This document shows, one piece after another, positions 1 through 9,491 of a stretch of 64,000 nt of DNA (position 1 is its first letter; each line of letters starts with the position of its first letter). Under the pieces are notes generated by a model. That model was not told the DNA's origin and made no database searches. It worked only from the letters and a program-made list of their open reading frames with translations. Made by a program: the position numbers and the translations under genes. Location: positions 7,151 to 71,150 of the forward strand of contig JAFGIX010000052.1 of assembly GCA_016929395.1 (NCBI GenBank), in the 5' to 3' direction. Source of the DNA: Candidatus Zymogenus saltonus (GTDB lineage Bacteria; Desulfobacterota; Zymogenia; Zymogenales; Zymogenaceae).

Positions 1-148
1 CGTACAAATTCTTGCAGGCCTCAAACGTCTTGGCCTTATCGGTGGGGGAGGTTGAAATGTAGTAGAAAAACGAGACCGAAGCAATAGCTATCACCGTCAA
101 AACACCTAAAGTTATTAGTCTTTTTTTCCTTTTCTCATCTTTGGCCAT
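1..148 (-). CDS. 5' part of a membrane-anchored hypothetical protein (runs off the window)
   Basis: Hand translation MAKDEKRKKRLITLGVLTVIAIASVSFFYYISTSPTDKAKTFEACKNLY..., a basic N-terminus plus a TM segment; GGGGGA RBS-like motif upstream; not in the ORF track. Confidence 0.7.
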   Translation of the reverse strand, partial: MAKDEKRKKRLITLGVLTVIAIASVSFFYYISTSPTDKAKTFEACKNLY

Positions 149-485
149 TTTTACTGTCCCCCGTTGAACTCAGTTATTAGGGCTTTTTTATAAAACTGCC
201 AATATTATACTTCTCTTGACATCATTGGTCAAATACTTTATACTACAATAAATATTGACGCATTTTTACCTTCAACCCATCAAGTTTTTCCGATCTTTGA
301 AATGATTGTAGAAATCAGTGTGACGCTTTTTTTATAAAAAATAGCAAATACGCAAATTAATTTGCAGATTTACAAAATTTCGAGCTAAAACAACAAAGAA
401 TAAAAATAATAGCAAATTCAATTTAGAATAAAATCAATAATATTAGCGGTTTACAGGGCAAAAAAAAAGTGTGCAATGGACTAAA

Positions 486-501
486 TGGTATGTCTTTTGC
501 A
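486..501 (+). promoter_or_regulatory. sigma54 (-24/-12) promoter of the pilin gene
   Basis: TGGTATGTCTTTTGCA has GG-N10-GC spacing matching TGGCAC-N5-TTGCW, about 50 bp upstream of the pilin ATG; pilA promoters in this group are typically RpoN-dependent. Confidence 0.8.
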
Positions 502-553
502 ACTATATACAATATGGATTTGTATCCTATACATCTATAGGAGATTTTGCGCT

Positions 554-979
554 ATGAAAGTTTTTACAAAAAAAATCTTAGGGGATAAAAAAGGTTTTAC
601 CCTGATCGAGCTGATGATCATGGTAATGATCTTGACCATCCTTACATCGTTTGCAATACCGATTTTCTTCAAATACAGATCGCAATCTATGCAAACCGAA
701 GCAACCATTCTTCTGGCCAGTATTTGGACCAATGAAGTCACTTATTTCGGCGAAAAGAGCGAATTCTCCATGGAAAACTCCGTACTCAGCTTCGATCCGA
801 TCACAGATCCGAAATTCTACCATAACTGGTACATAAATGTCTGGGATGATGGTTTGCATTTTATCGCCACGTGCTCCACTAACCTCGATAACGACATCTT
901 TCTCGATTCGTGGAGGGTAACGGACACCGATAAAGCCCCGTTTAACTTCTATGACGATATTTCCGATATGTCTCACTAA
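554..979 (+). CDS. pilA: type IVa pilin (prepilin N-terminal cleavage/methylation domain)
   Basis: Leader MKVFTKKILGDKKG|FTLIELMI with G-1/F+1/E+5, hydrophobic helix and AIP; AGGAG RBS before ATG 554. Confidence 0.85.
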   Translation: MKVFTKKILGDKKGFTLIELMIMVMILTILTSFAIPIFFKYRSQSMQTEATILLASIWTNEVTYFGEKSEFSMENSVLSFDPITDPKFYHNWYINVWDDGLHFIATCSTNLDNDIFLDSWRVTDTDKAPFNFYDDISDMSH

Positions 980-997
980 GTGTCTTAAAAGGTGAGA

Positions 998-1264
998 TGG
1001 GGATTGGGAGATTGGAACGTTAGTAAGCTGGGATTGTCAGGTCATTGGAGGATTGGAACAATGGGGAGCCGGGGCGTTGGGGGTTTGGGAGATTAGGACA
1101 TAGGAACATTGGGCTTTTGGAGCGGAGAATCAGGAAATTGAGGGATTGGGGGGCAGTGGGGCGTTGGGGGATCGGGGCAGCGGGGGATTGGGGCAACAAA
1201 GGATTGGGAGATTAGGGCGTTAAGGAATTAGGGCATTTGCGTTTTGGGAGATTGGGGCGGCGGG
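998..1264 (+). repeat. degenerate G-rich tandem repeat, about 8-bp period (GGGATTGG/GGGCATTG-like)
   Basis: Recurring GGGAGATT, GGGGCGTT and GGGATTGG units with many G3-G6 runs and no ORF. Confidence 0.75.
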
Positions 1265-1316
1265 TAAATATTCGATATAGAATATAGATAAAGTCTCGGA
1301 ATTGAGTTATTATTAT

Positions 1317-1344
1317 AAAAAAAGGCCTTCAAAAGGCCTTTTTT
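1317..1344. terminator. bidirectional intrinsic terminator
   Basis: AAAAAAAGGCCTT-CAA-AAGGCCTTTTTT hairpin with A and T tracts on both sides, between convergent genes. Confidence 0.75.
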
Positions 1345-1851
1345 ATTGGAAGACAAAAGCGTTTTATATAGGTTTTATATAAAAATATAGGAGCGGAACC
1401 GGGAATGTGAAAGGGGGCGCGTTTTCAATCTACCCGTCCATCCGGAAAGAACAAAACCGCTTTTCCCCGTCAAGTCTTACAACAAGATAACGTAATTAAA
1501 AAATTCAACGGATAACGCCACGCTTCACCTCAATCAATCTCCATCAATTTCAACCCATTTCAATCAAATTCGATGAATGAACAAAAAACATCCCCTTCCG
1601 TCCCTGAAGCGATATCTAAATGTATTCAAGAGATGACTTTTTTGTTTCCCATCCGGAATCACCGTGTCGTAATCCGAGAATGAATTACCATCCACCCCGT
1701 TAAAAAATCGTTACCGCACTTACAAAAACAAGAGATGCAGGCAAAAACCCGCAAATATCATTTTCTGGAAGGAACTCATCCCCTCGATTCATTAAGGTTC
1801 TGTTCCTTAAGCGGTTTTCAAACTGCGCCATCTTGCCGTTTGAATCTTCCC

Positions 1852-3303
1852 TCAGTCATCTATCCATATTTTCCTCAGGGGCCTTTTGAACTTCACAAGC
1901 CCAGTCAGGCGATAAACCAACATCAGGACGATGTACATTGCCAGAACTCCGATCAGGGTCTGCCAGTAAGCCGCCGGATTCACCGTCTGCCAGCTATCCC
2001 CGACGACTTCAACTCCCTTGAGAGGCAAGTTTATCATGAAAAGGAGAGGGGCGCACAGCGGCAGCGAGATGGCGCTTGTGTAGACGAGGTCCTGGGCCAC
2101 GGGGGTCTCATACTCCGGATCAACCATCCTGAGGAGGATAAGACCGGTGTTGATAGTGCCTGTGAGCATTCCATATATCGCTATCGCCCGCTCAAAGGGA
2201 AATTTGTCGTAGGAGCGCTTGGCGTACCAGAAACAGAAGTAGAGGGTGACCAGCCCTACCGCAACCCCCGTAACCAAGATTGGGACGATAAAGTCGATGA
2301 CCACGGCCAGAGATATGGCGGCTATGGAGCAGACCACAAGGAAATCGACCGAGAGGCCCGCTATGCGGCTCATGGTGCCGTTGTCTATGATGTGTCCCAA
2401 TCCTATCTTGTGGACTATGATCCTCGCAAGGAGTGTCAAAAGCGTCGCGAAGATGAAGAAGAAACCCTCAAGGGTGCTTGCAATACCTGCGGCCCCGACA
2501 CCGATCAACAGGTTGATAATCGGGAACATTATAATATAGGTAATCAACATCATGAGTCCTATCAGGGCCACGTGAAACGCAAAAGATTCGATCGCTTCCG
2601 AGGTGGTTGTCAGCTTCCCCGCTATGGGCCTCTTGCTGTCCTTCGAGAAAAAGCCCGTATAAACGTCCCTGCTCAAGTGGGATTTGTCCTTGACGAGGGT
2701 CGCCCATCCCTTCCTTATCCCGATGTTGACGAGGGGAACTCCGATGAAACAAGCCCAAAAGTAACCGAACGCGGCGAGGGTAAGGCCAAGGTTTCCCGCA
2801 TGTTTAAAATTGAAATTCGTCTCCCAGCCGTTGGCTATGGAGAAGGTAAGGCCGGGACCCTGTCCGAATCCCAAGGGGGCAATGGCGCCAAAGGTCGGAA
2901 AAAGACCGGGGTAGATGGTGTACATAAGCAAAAATCCCAGCCCGATTCCCACAACCCCCTGGAGGGCGTAAAGGGTCGATGAGCTGACCCCCATGGCCAC
3001 GGCGTCCCTCCCCCTCTTTTCCCCCTCCGGCTTCCTCCAGGCCATGGCGATAAACGTAATCGCCAAAAGATGATAGACGTAAACTCCGAGCCTGTCTATG
3101 TCAAAGGGAAGAGAAAGATAGGGAGCGATCTTGCCTATGAAGCTCTCGTTCATAAGCATGGCCAGAAAGCCCCCGATCAAGGCCACGGGAACGAGAAAGT
3201 TCTGTAAGAACTTTATTTTGGCCCTGAGGTACGATCCCAAAAGTAAAAAACTGAACAAAATTGAAACCTCGACTAAAATATCCCAACATAAATTGGTGCT
3301 CAT
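1852..3303 (-). CDS. sodium/glutamate symporter family (GltS-like) transporter
   Basis: Polytopic membrane protein with LQNFLVPVALIGG, PLGFGQGPG and YGMLTGT motifs; start placed at MSTNLCW after GGAGG. Confidence 0.8.
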   Translation of the reverse strand: MSTNLCWDILVEVSILFSFLLLGSYLRAKIKFLQNFLVPVALIGGFLAMLMNESFIGKIAPYLSLPFDIDRLGVYVYHLLAITFIAMAWRKPEGEKRGRDAVAMGVSSSTLYALQGVVGIGLGFLLMYTIYPGLFPTFGAIAPLGFGQGPGLTFSIANGWETNFNFKHAGNLGLTLAAFGYFWACFIGVPLVNIGIRKGWATLVKDKSHLSRDVYTGFFSKDSKRPIAGKLTTTSEAIESFAFHVALIGLMMLITYIIMFPIINLLIGVGAAGIASTLEGFFFIFATLLTLLARIIVHKIGLGHIIDNGTMSRIAGLSVDFLVVCSIAAISLAVVIDFIVPILVTGVAVGLVTLYFCFWYAKRSYDKFPFERAIAIYGMLTGTINTGLILLRMVDPEYETPVAQDLVYTSAISLPLCAPLLFMINLPLKGVEVVGDSWQTVNPAAYWQTLIGVLAMYIVLMLVYRLTGLVKFKRPLRKIWIDD

Positions 3304-3509
3304 TATTTCCTCCAAGCAAAAGACGAAAAATTGACATAAAGTCTTAAAAAACGACATATTATATAATATTTTTATACCTTTACTGTCAAGATAATAAAAT
3401 CCGCCAAAATATGCACGCCAATGACCTTAATGTGTTGACTTTTTAGATTGTATACGATTAAATTAACTAATCCATCTCGTTAACATTATTTGCAGATTAT
3501 GAGGACAAA

Positions 3510-4823
3510 ATGAAACTTTGTATCATCGGGACCGGGTATGTGGGATTGGTCACGGGAAGCTGTTTTGCAGATATGGGAAACGACGTCATCTGCGTCGACA
3601 AGGACAAGGCCAAGATCGATGCATTGAAAAAGGGAGAGCTGGGCATCTACGAGCCGGGCCTGAGCGATCTCGTCAGTCGAAATTACTCCAGGGGACGGCT
3701 CATATTCACAACGAACCTCGAAGAGGGCGTAAAAAACTCCCTCATATGTTTTATCGCCGTAGGCACCCCCGAAAACGAGGACGGCAGCGCCGACCTCAAA
3801 CACGTATTGGATGTTGCGGGAGCCATCGGCAGGGTGATGGACGGCTACAGGATTATCGTGGACAAGAGCACCGTCCCCGTGGGTACGGCCGATCTCGTGG
3901 CGCAGGTAATAAAGAAAGAGACAAACAACGAGTTCGACGTGGTCTCCAATCCCGAATTCCTTAAGGAGGGAGCGGCGGTCGACGACTTCATGAAGCCCGA
4001 AAGGATAATCATCGGGACCGACGACGTGCGTGTGGCCGAGATAATGAAGGAGCTCTATGCGCCGTTTATCAGAACAGGAAATCCGATGTATATCATGGAC
4101 GTAAAATCCGCGGAGCTGACGAAATACGCCTCGAACGCCTTTCTGGCCACGAAAATATCCTTTATGAACGAGATCGCAAACCTCTGCGACAGGCTCGGGG
4201 CCAACGTCGAGCACGTCAGGAAGGGGATGGGGTCCGACTCGAGGATCGGGCCGAAGTTCCTCTTCCCGGGAGTAGGATTTGGCGGCTCCTGTTTCCCGAA
4301 GGACCTGTCGGCAATCATCAAGACCAGCGAAGAGGCGGGCTCTCCCTTAAGGATTGCAAAATCCGTCATGGATGTAAACCGCGCCCAAAGGGAGGTCTTC
4401 ATTGAAAAAATCTCTTCCCATTTCGAAGGTAAAATAGAAGCTCTCACAATTGCCGTCTGGGGCCTCTCTTTCAAGCCCCAGACCGACGACATCAGGGAGG
4501 CGCCCTCCATAATTATTGCGGAAAGGCTCCTCGAAAGCGGCGCCAAGCTCAGGGTCTTCGACCCGGCGGCGATGGACAACTTTAAAGAGATCTTCGGGAA
4601 GAAGGTCTATTTTGCCAAGGATGCTTATGACGCTGTAAGCGATTCCGACGCCATGGTCCTTGTAACGGAGTGGAACGAATTCAGAAACCCCGACTTTCCG
4701 AGGATCAAGAAATTGATGAAAAGCCCTGTCATATTTGACGGCAGGAACCAGTACAACCGGGACGAGATCGAGAGGATCGGCTTCACATACTACTGCATTG
4801 GGAGGCCCGGGAGAAAGGGATAG
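3510..4823 (+). CDS. ugd: UDP-glucose 6-dehydrogenase
   Basis: GTGYVG, KSTVPVGT, SNPEFLKEG, GFGGSCFPKD and FKPQTDDIRE motifs. Confidence 0.95.
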   Translation: MKLCIIGTGYVGLVTGSCFADMGNDVICVDKDKAKIDALKKGELGIYEPGLSDLVSRNYSRGRLIFTTNLEEGVKNSLICFIAVGTPENEDGSADLKHVLDVAGAIGRVMDGYRIIVDKSTVPVGTADLVAQVIKKETNNEFDVVSNPEFLKEGAAVDDFMKPERIIIGTDDVRVAEIMKELYAPFIRTGNPMYIMDVKSAELTKYASNAFLATKISFMNEIANLCDRLGANVEHVRKGMGSDSRIGPKFLFPGVGFGGSCFPKDLSAIIKTSEEAGSPLRIAKSVMDVNRAQREVFIEKISSHFEGKIEALTIAVWGLSFKPQTDDIREAPSIIIAERLLESGAKLRVFDPAAMDNFKEIFGKKVYFAKDAYDAVSDSDAMVLVTEWNEFRNPDFPRIKKLMKSPVIFDGRNQYNRDEIERIGFTYYCIGRPGRKG

Positions 4824-5762
4824 ATGAAAAAGCGGGTTCTCATAACCGGTGGTGCGGGCTTTATCGGATCACATCTTATCGAGAGACTTATGGGGTCGGA
4901 CGTGGAGGTAATCTGTCTCGACAATTTCTTCACGGGTGAGAAGGAGAACATCGGCAAGTTCCTGGGACAGCCGGAGTTCGAGCTTATCCGCCATGACATC
5001 GTGGAGCCGATACTCCTCGAGGTCGACGAGATCTACCACCTGGCGTGTCCGGCCTCCCCCATCTACTACCAGCACAATCCGGTAAAGACGATCAAGACGA
5101 ACGTGATAGGAACCCTGAACATGCTGGGTCTGGCAAAGAGGGTAAGGGCCAAGCTCCTCCTCACCTCCACGTCGGAGGTCTACGGCGATCCCGAGGTCCA
5201 CCCTCAGGTGGAGGAATACTGGGGGCACGTAAACCCGATAGGCCTGAGAAGCTGCTACGACGAGGGGAAGCGGGTGGCGGAGAGCCTGATGGTCTCCTAC
5301 CGCCAGCAGAACGACGTGGAGATCCGAATAGCGAGGATATTCAACACCTACGGCCCGAACATGTCGATAGACGACGGGAGGGTTATAAGCAACTTCATCT
5401 GGGCCGCTCTATGGGAAAAGCCGATCACAATCTTCGGAGACGGGAGCCAGACCCGGTCTTTCTGCTACGTCTCGGACATGGTGGAGGGCCTGATCAGGCT
5501 CATGGAGTCCGCCCCCTACACAGGACCGATGAACCTGGGCAACCCGAAGGAGATGACGATATTAGAGATTGCCGAGAAGATAAGAGAGATGACAAAAACC
5601 AGATCGGAGATTGTCTTCGAGCCGCTGCCGGAAGACGACCCCACCCGGCGCTGTCCCGACATCTCAAAGGCGATAAGGGAGCTCAACTGGGAGCCGAAGG
5701 TGACGTTCGACGACGGGATAAAAAGGACGATAGACTATTTCAGGGGATTGAAGGGGAATTGA
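4824..5762 (+). CDS. UDP-glucuronate decarboxylase (UDP-xylose synthase), extended SDR
   Basis: TGGAGFIGSH, HLACPASP, STSEVYGDP and RSCYDEGKR; coupled to ugd. Confidence 0.9.
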   Translation: MKKRVLITGGAGFIGSHLIERLMGSDVEVICLDNFFTGEKENIGKFLGQPEFELIRHDIVEPILLEVDEIYHLACPASPIYYQHNPVKTIKTNVIGTLNMLGLAKRVRAKLLLTSTSEVYGDPEVHPQVEEYWGHVNPIGLRSCYDEGKRVAESLMVSYRQQNDVEIRIARIFNTYGPNMSIDDGRVISNFIWAALWEKPITIFGDGSQTRSFCYVSDMVEGLIRLMESAPYTGPMNLGNPKEMTILEIAEKIREMTKTRSEIVFEPLPEDDPTRRCPDISKAIRELNWEPKVTFDDGIKRTIDYFRGLKGN

Positions 5763-6149
5763 AGGCGATTTTCTCCTCGAATCCGAAAACGGCGGTTGGT
5801 TTAATCTCGAATTCATCAGGGGAGGGAGTTAAAGCAATCGTTGGTGGCAGTCAAAAAGACCGGTGAAATCCTAATTATAACCATTTTGGTATTGGTAAGA
5901 TCGGAAAGTATATTTTTCAAGTATTGGAGCTGACCCAAGTTTTTTTAAATCGGTTGTCAATAAATTGCAGTATGCCTTCCCCCGTTAAAAAAACGTTAGT
6001 GTCTTTCAGTCATTGAGAATCCCGAAAGACCTGAATATTTAACAAACCATCCTGCCGGCCTACCGGCCTGTCTTTAATTGAACTGCTGCACTAAAGAATT
6101 GAGTCCGTATATTAATTGTAATTGCAATCCATCGCCTACAATTTGACCG

Positions 6150-7586
6150 TTACTCTCCCGAATCCCCCACCGCCCTCAAGAACTCCCCGTAGTCGTAGAC
6201 CTTCTTCAACGCAGAGAGCGCCCGCTCCGGCGAGGGAAACGTCGGCACCCCACCCTCGATGAACTCCGCCTCCATCCTGTCGTCACCCACGTTCTTCGTA
6301 AACTCCTCGAGGGTCACGGCGATAAGCGCCTTCTTCGTGTCGTTCTTGGCAGAGATAAGCTCCCTCCTGTACACCTCGTTCATCTCCTTGTAGAACGTTC
6401 CCCCGATGATAACCACCGAGTCCACGTTCGGGTCCTCAAGGAGATACCTCGCAGGGAGGGTGTACTGCTCCGAGATTCCCGAGGCCCCCAACCCCACATC
6501 GACCGGGTTTTTCACGCTCGTCCCCTCTCCAGGAATGACCTTCGCTATCTTCCGCTTCGTCTCTTCGGTGAGGGCGGCAAGAGCGAGCCCCTCCCTGGCA
6601 ACAATATCGGCGGCGGAAACCGCAAGCCCCCCCGGCCCCGATAGGATCGCGACCCTCTTCCCCAGGGGATAGGGAATAAACTTGAGCGCCATCATCGCGT
6701 CGACGATCTCGTCCATCCCCTGGGCGGTCACGGCTCCCAGCTGTCTCAGCGCGGCCTCCCACAGCTCGGAATTGCCGGAGAGCGCCCCGGTGTGGGAGAG
6801 GGCCGCCTTTGCGCCCAGATCGGTAAGCCCCGCCTTCCAGACCACGACCGGCTTTTTGGGCGTGACACCCTTCAGGGTTTCGAAAAACCGCCTCCCCTCC
6901 GGGATCCCCTCGATGTAGGAGATGATCACCTTCGTCTCGTCGTCCCCGGCGAAATATGAGGCAAAATCGGAGGGCGTCAGGTCGCAGGCGTTCCCGAAGC
7001 TTATCACCTTGCTGAAGTAGAGGTGGCGGCTTGCCGCCCGCCAGACGGTCATCGAGGCGAGCGACCCTGACCCCGCCACAAACGATACGTCCCCCGGCGT
7101 CGTCGGCATCCCCGGGAAAAAGGACATCCCCGCCTTCGGCGAGTAGACCCCCTGGCAGTTGGGGCCGATGAGCCTTATCCCCGCCTTCCCCGCCCTCTCC
7201 ACCAGTAGCCTCTGCTCTGAGGCGCCCTCCTCCCCCAGCTCGGCGAGGCCGGCCGTGAAGATGACGGCGGCTGTGGTCCCCACCTCCCCCAGCTCATCGA
7301 TGATGCCGGGGAGGTGCTTCTTAGGAACGAGGACGATTGCCAGATCGATCGGTCCGGGGATCTCCCGCGTCCGCTTGATCACCTTTATCCCGTCTATCTC
7401 GTCCGCCCTCGGGTTTACGGGATATATCTTTCCCTTGTATCCTGAAGCGACCAGCCCCATCAGAAAGAGCCTCCCCATCTTCGGCCCCTCCGGCACCCCA
7501 ACCACCGCAACGCTCTTCGGATTGAATATCGCGTCCATAAGCCCATTCAGGCTTTTGCCTCCGACACCGGCAGAGAGAGCGGTCAT
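6150..7586 (-). CDS. acyl-CoA synthetase (NDP-forming) alpha-type / CoA-binding protein
   Basis: FNPKSVAVVG, IYPVNP, RLIGPNCQG and phospho-His motif SHTGAL; no ATP-grasp domain. Confidence 0.85.
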   Translation of the reverse strand: MTALSAGVGGKSLNGLMDAIFNPKSVAVVGVPEGPKMGRLFLMGLVASGYKGKIYPVNPRADEIDGIKVIKRTREIPGPIDLAIVLVPKKHLPGIIDELGEVGTTAAVIFTAGLAELGEEGASEQRLLVERAGKAGIRLIGPNCQGVYSPKAGMSFFPGMPTTPGDVSFVAGSGSLASMTVWRAASRHLYFSKVISFGNACDLTPSDFASYFAGDDETKVIISYIEGIPEGRRFFETLKGVTPKKPVVVWKAGLTDLGAKAALSHTGALSGNSELWEAALRQLGAVTAQGMDEIVDAMMALKFIPYPLGKRVAILSGPGGLAVSAADIVAREGLALAALTEETKRKIAKVIPGEGTSVKNPVDVGLGASGISEQYTLPARYLLEDPNVDSVVIIGGTFYKEMNEVYRRELISAKNDTKKALIAVTLEEFTKNVGDDRMEAEFIEGGVPTFPSPERALSALKKVYDYGEFLRAVGDSGE

Positions 7587-7727
7587 AAATCGCCTCCGAA
7601 ATTTTTGTGCGTGCTATTTTCCATATTTTCCCTTTAACATCTACCACAAAGGGGAGCCGATGTAAAGTTACAAGAGCGCATCTTCCCACTCATTACGCTT
7701 TTGACGGGTAAAAACCATCCAATCCGA

Positions 7728-7756
7728 TTGACACCCTCGGAAATGCGGTTTAAAAT
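7728..7756 (+). promoter_or_regulatory. sigma70-type promoter
   Basis: TTGACA-N17-TAAAAT about 35 bp upstream of the GTG at 7790. Confidence 0.65.
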
Positions 7757-7789
7757 AGGGGCCTGTAATACTTTTTATGGAGGTCTAAA

Positions 7790-8902
7790 GTGAAAGGCAA
7801 GATCCTGATGTTATTTCTGATTTTTGCCCTTTTATCTACACTTTTTGCGGCCGCGCCCGCATTCCCCAAGGAGCTCAAGGTCGTCACCATCAACGTCTGG
7901 TCGGGCCTAGACTACGAGGGGACGTTAAAGATGGGGGAGTACGAGTCGAAGGAGGTGAGGATGGGGAGGTACAACCTCCTCGTTAAGGAGTTAAAACGCC
8001 TCGACCCTGACGTGATCGCGATCAATGAGGCGAACCTCCTCCCCAGGTACGCCCGCAGGCTGGCCAAAGACCTCGACATGGACAAAATCCACTCCGTAGG
8101 CCTCGGGGGAATCCACTTCGGCTACATCGGGATACCGGTGAACTTCAGGGAGGGTGACGCCATCCTCGCTAAAAAAGAGCTCAAGCTCAAATCCCTCGGA
8201 AGGAAGAGGCTCTCCGGCGGGGGGATCATAAATAACTTCATGACGTTCCACCTGACCGACGCCTGCCAGATAATCGGTGGCGTGATAAATTTCGACGGCA
8301 GGGACGTCTACATCTTCAACACCCACACCCACGCAAGCCCCCCCAACGAGCCCTGGTTCATGGAGAGGCTGGAGGGGGCGAGGGCCGAGGGGAGGCTCAC
8401 CGAGGAGGGACTCAGAATCGCAAAAGAGTCGGTCGTTGAAGACCAGAAGTGGCGGATGGACGAGATAACGAAGCTCCTCAAGTGGGTGTCCGAGGTTGTG
8501 CCCAGGGGTAGGCCCGTTGTGCTCGTGGGGGATTTCAACGCGGAGATTGACACCGTCGAGATGAGGCAGGTTATAGACGCCGGGTTCATCGACACACACG
8601 CCGTCGCAAACCCCGACTCGGTATCCATGGGCTACACATGGAATCCCGAGACGAACCTCAATATAATCAAATACTACGATGCAGAAGCGGCAAGGACGTT
8701 GAGCGAGGCCGACGGCGCAAGCCCGAAGAAGATCGCCGACAAGCTGGATGACTTCATCCAGAAACGCCTCGACTTCATCTTCGTGTCGGAGAGCATAGGG
8801 GCGGAGAACGTCATCGAGAGCGCGGTCGTCTTGGACAGGGAGGAGGGGGGACAGCACCCGTCCGATCACTACGGCGTTATGAGCGTAGTCAATATTGAAT
8901 AG
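7790..8902 (+). CDS. secreted endonuclease/exonuclease/phosphatase family protein
   Basis: Signal peptide, VTINVW, LVGDFNA, RLDFIF and PSDHYGV motifs. Confidence 0.85.
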   Translation: MKGKILMLFLIFALLSTLFAAAPAFPKELKVVTINVWSGLDYEGTLKMGEYESKEVRMGRYNLLVKELKRLDPDVIAINEANLLPRYARRLAKDLDMDKIHSVGLGGIHFGYIGIPVNFREGDAILAKKELKLKSLGRKRLSGGGIINNFMTFHLTDACQIIGGVINFDGRDVYIFNTHTHASPPNEPWFMERLEGARAEGRLTEEGLRIAKESVVEDQKWRMDEITKLLKWVSEVVPRGRPVVLVGDFNAEIDTVEMRQVIDAGFIDTHAVANPDSVSMGYTWNPETNLNIIKYYDAEAARTLSEADGASPKKIADKLDDFIQKRLDFIFVSESIGAENVIESAVVLDREEGGQHPSDHYGVMSVVNIE

Positions 8903-8924
8903 TTGCGGAAGGACGATACTCCCC

Positions 8925-9371
8925 ATGAAAAACAGCAAAACTGTTTCCGTCATCGCTGTAATGCTTCTTGCCGTCTCTCTCTACATGATACTCCCACCGA
9001 CGGCCAAGGGGGAAGGGACGGCCCTTGTCAAGGTCAAGGGAATCCCCCTCACGGTGGAGATAGCGGATAAACCGGCCGAGCGCTCCCTTGGCCTCATGTA
9101 CCGCAAAAACCTCCCGGAAAACAAGGGGATGCTCTTCATATACAAGAGGCCCGCAACGATGAACTTCTGGATGAAGAACACCTACGTCCCCCTCTCCATC
9201 GCCTATATCGACACTAACGGATACATCATCGCGATATTCAAGATGGAGCCTCTGAACGAAAAAAAGATCTACTCGTCGCCCGCCCCCGCAATATGGGCGC
9301 TTGAGGTCAACCAGGGGTGGTTCGAGAAAAACGGCGTAAGGGTAGGGGACAGGGTGAAGCTATACAAGTAG
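8925..9371 (+). CDS. DUF192 family exported protein
   Basis: VEIAD..ERSLGLMYR, GMLF, FWMKNT.VPLSIAYI, ALEVNQG and GVRVGDRV. Confidence 0.9.
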   Translation: MKNSKTVSVIAVMLLAVSLYMILPPTAKGEGTALVKVKGIPLTVEIADKPAERSLGLMYRKNLPENKGMLFIYKRPATMNFWMKNTYVPLSIAYIDTNGYIIAIFKMEPLNEKKIYSSPAPAIWALEVNQGWFEKNGVRVGDRVKLYK

Positions 9372-9420
9372 CAGATTTCAGCTACAGCGGTTTTTTTTAA
9401 ATCGCAATGCTCATTAAAAG

Positions 9421-9451
9421 GGGCCGCCCCGTGACCAAAACCGGGCGGCCC
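9421..9451. terminator. GC-rich hairpin between convergent genes
   Basis: GGGCCGCCC...GGGCGGCCC inverted repeat preceded by AAAA (U tract on the minus strand). Confidence 0.55.
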
Positions 9452-9491
9452 TAGCTTCTTCAGCATGTATCCAAGGCGCAACATATTAAAA

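Noticed and set aside
1735..2982. 415-aa plus-strand ORF
   Set aside because: Antisense shadow of the GltS-family gene; no recognisable motifs
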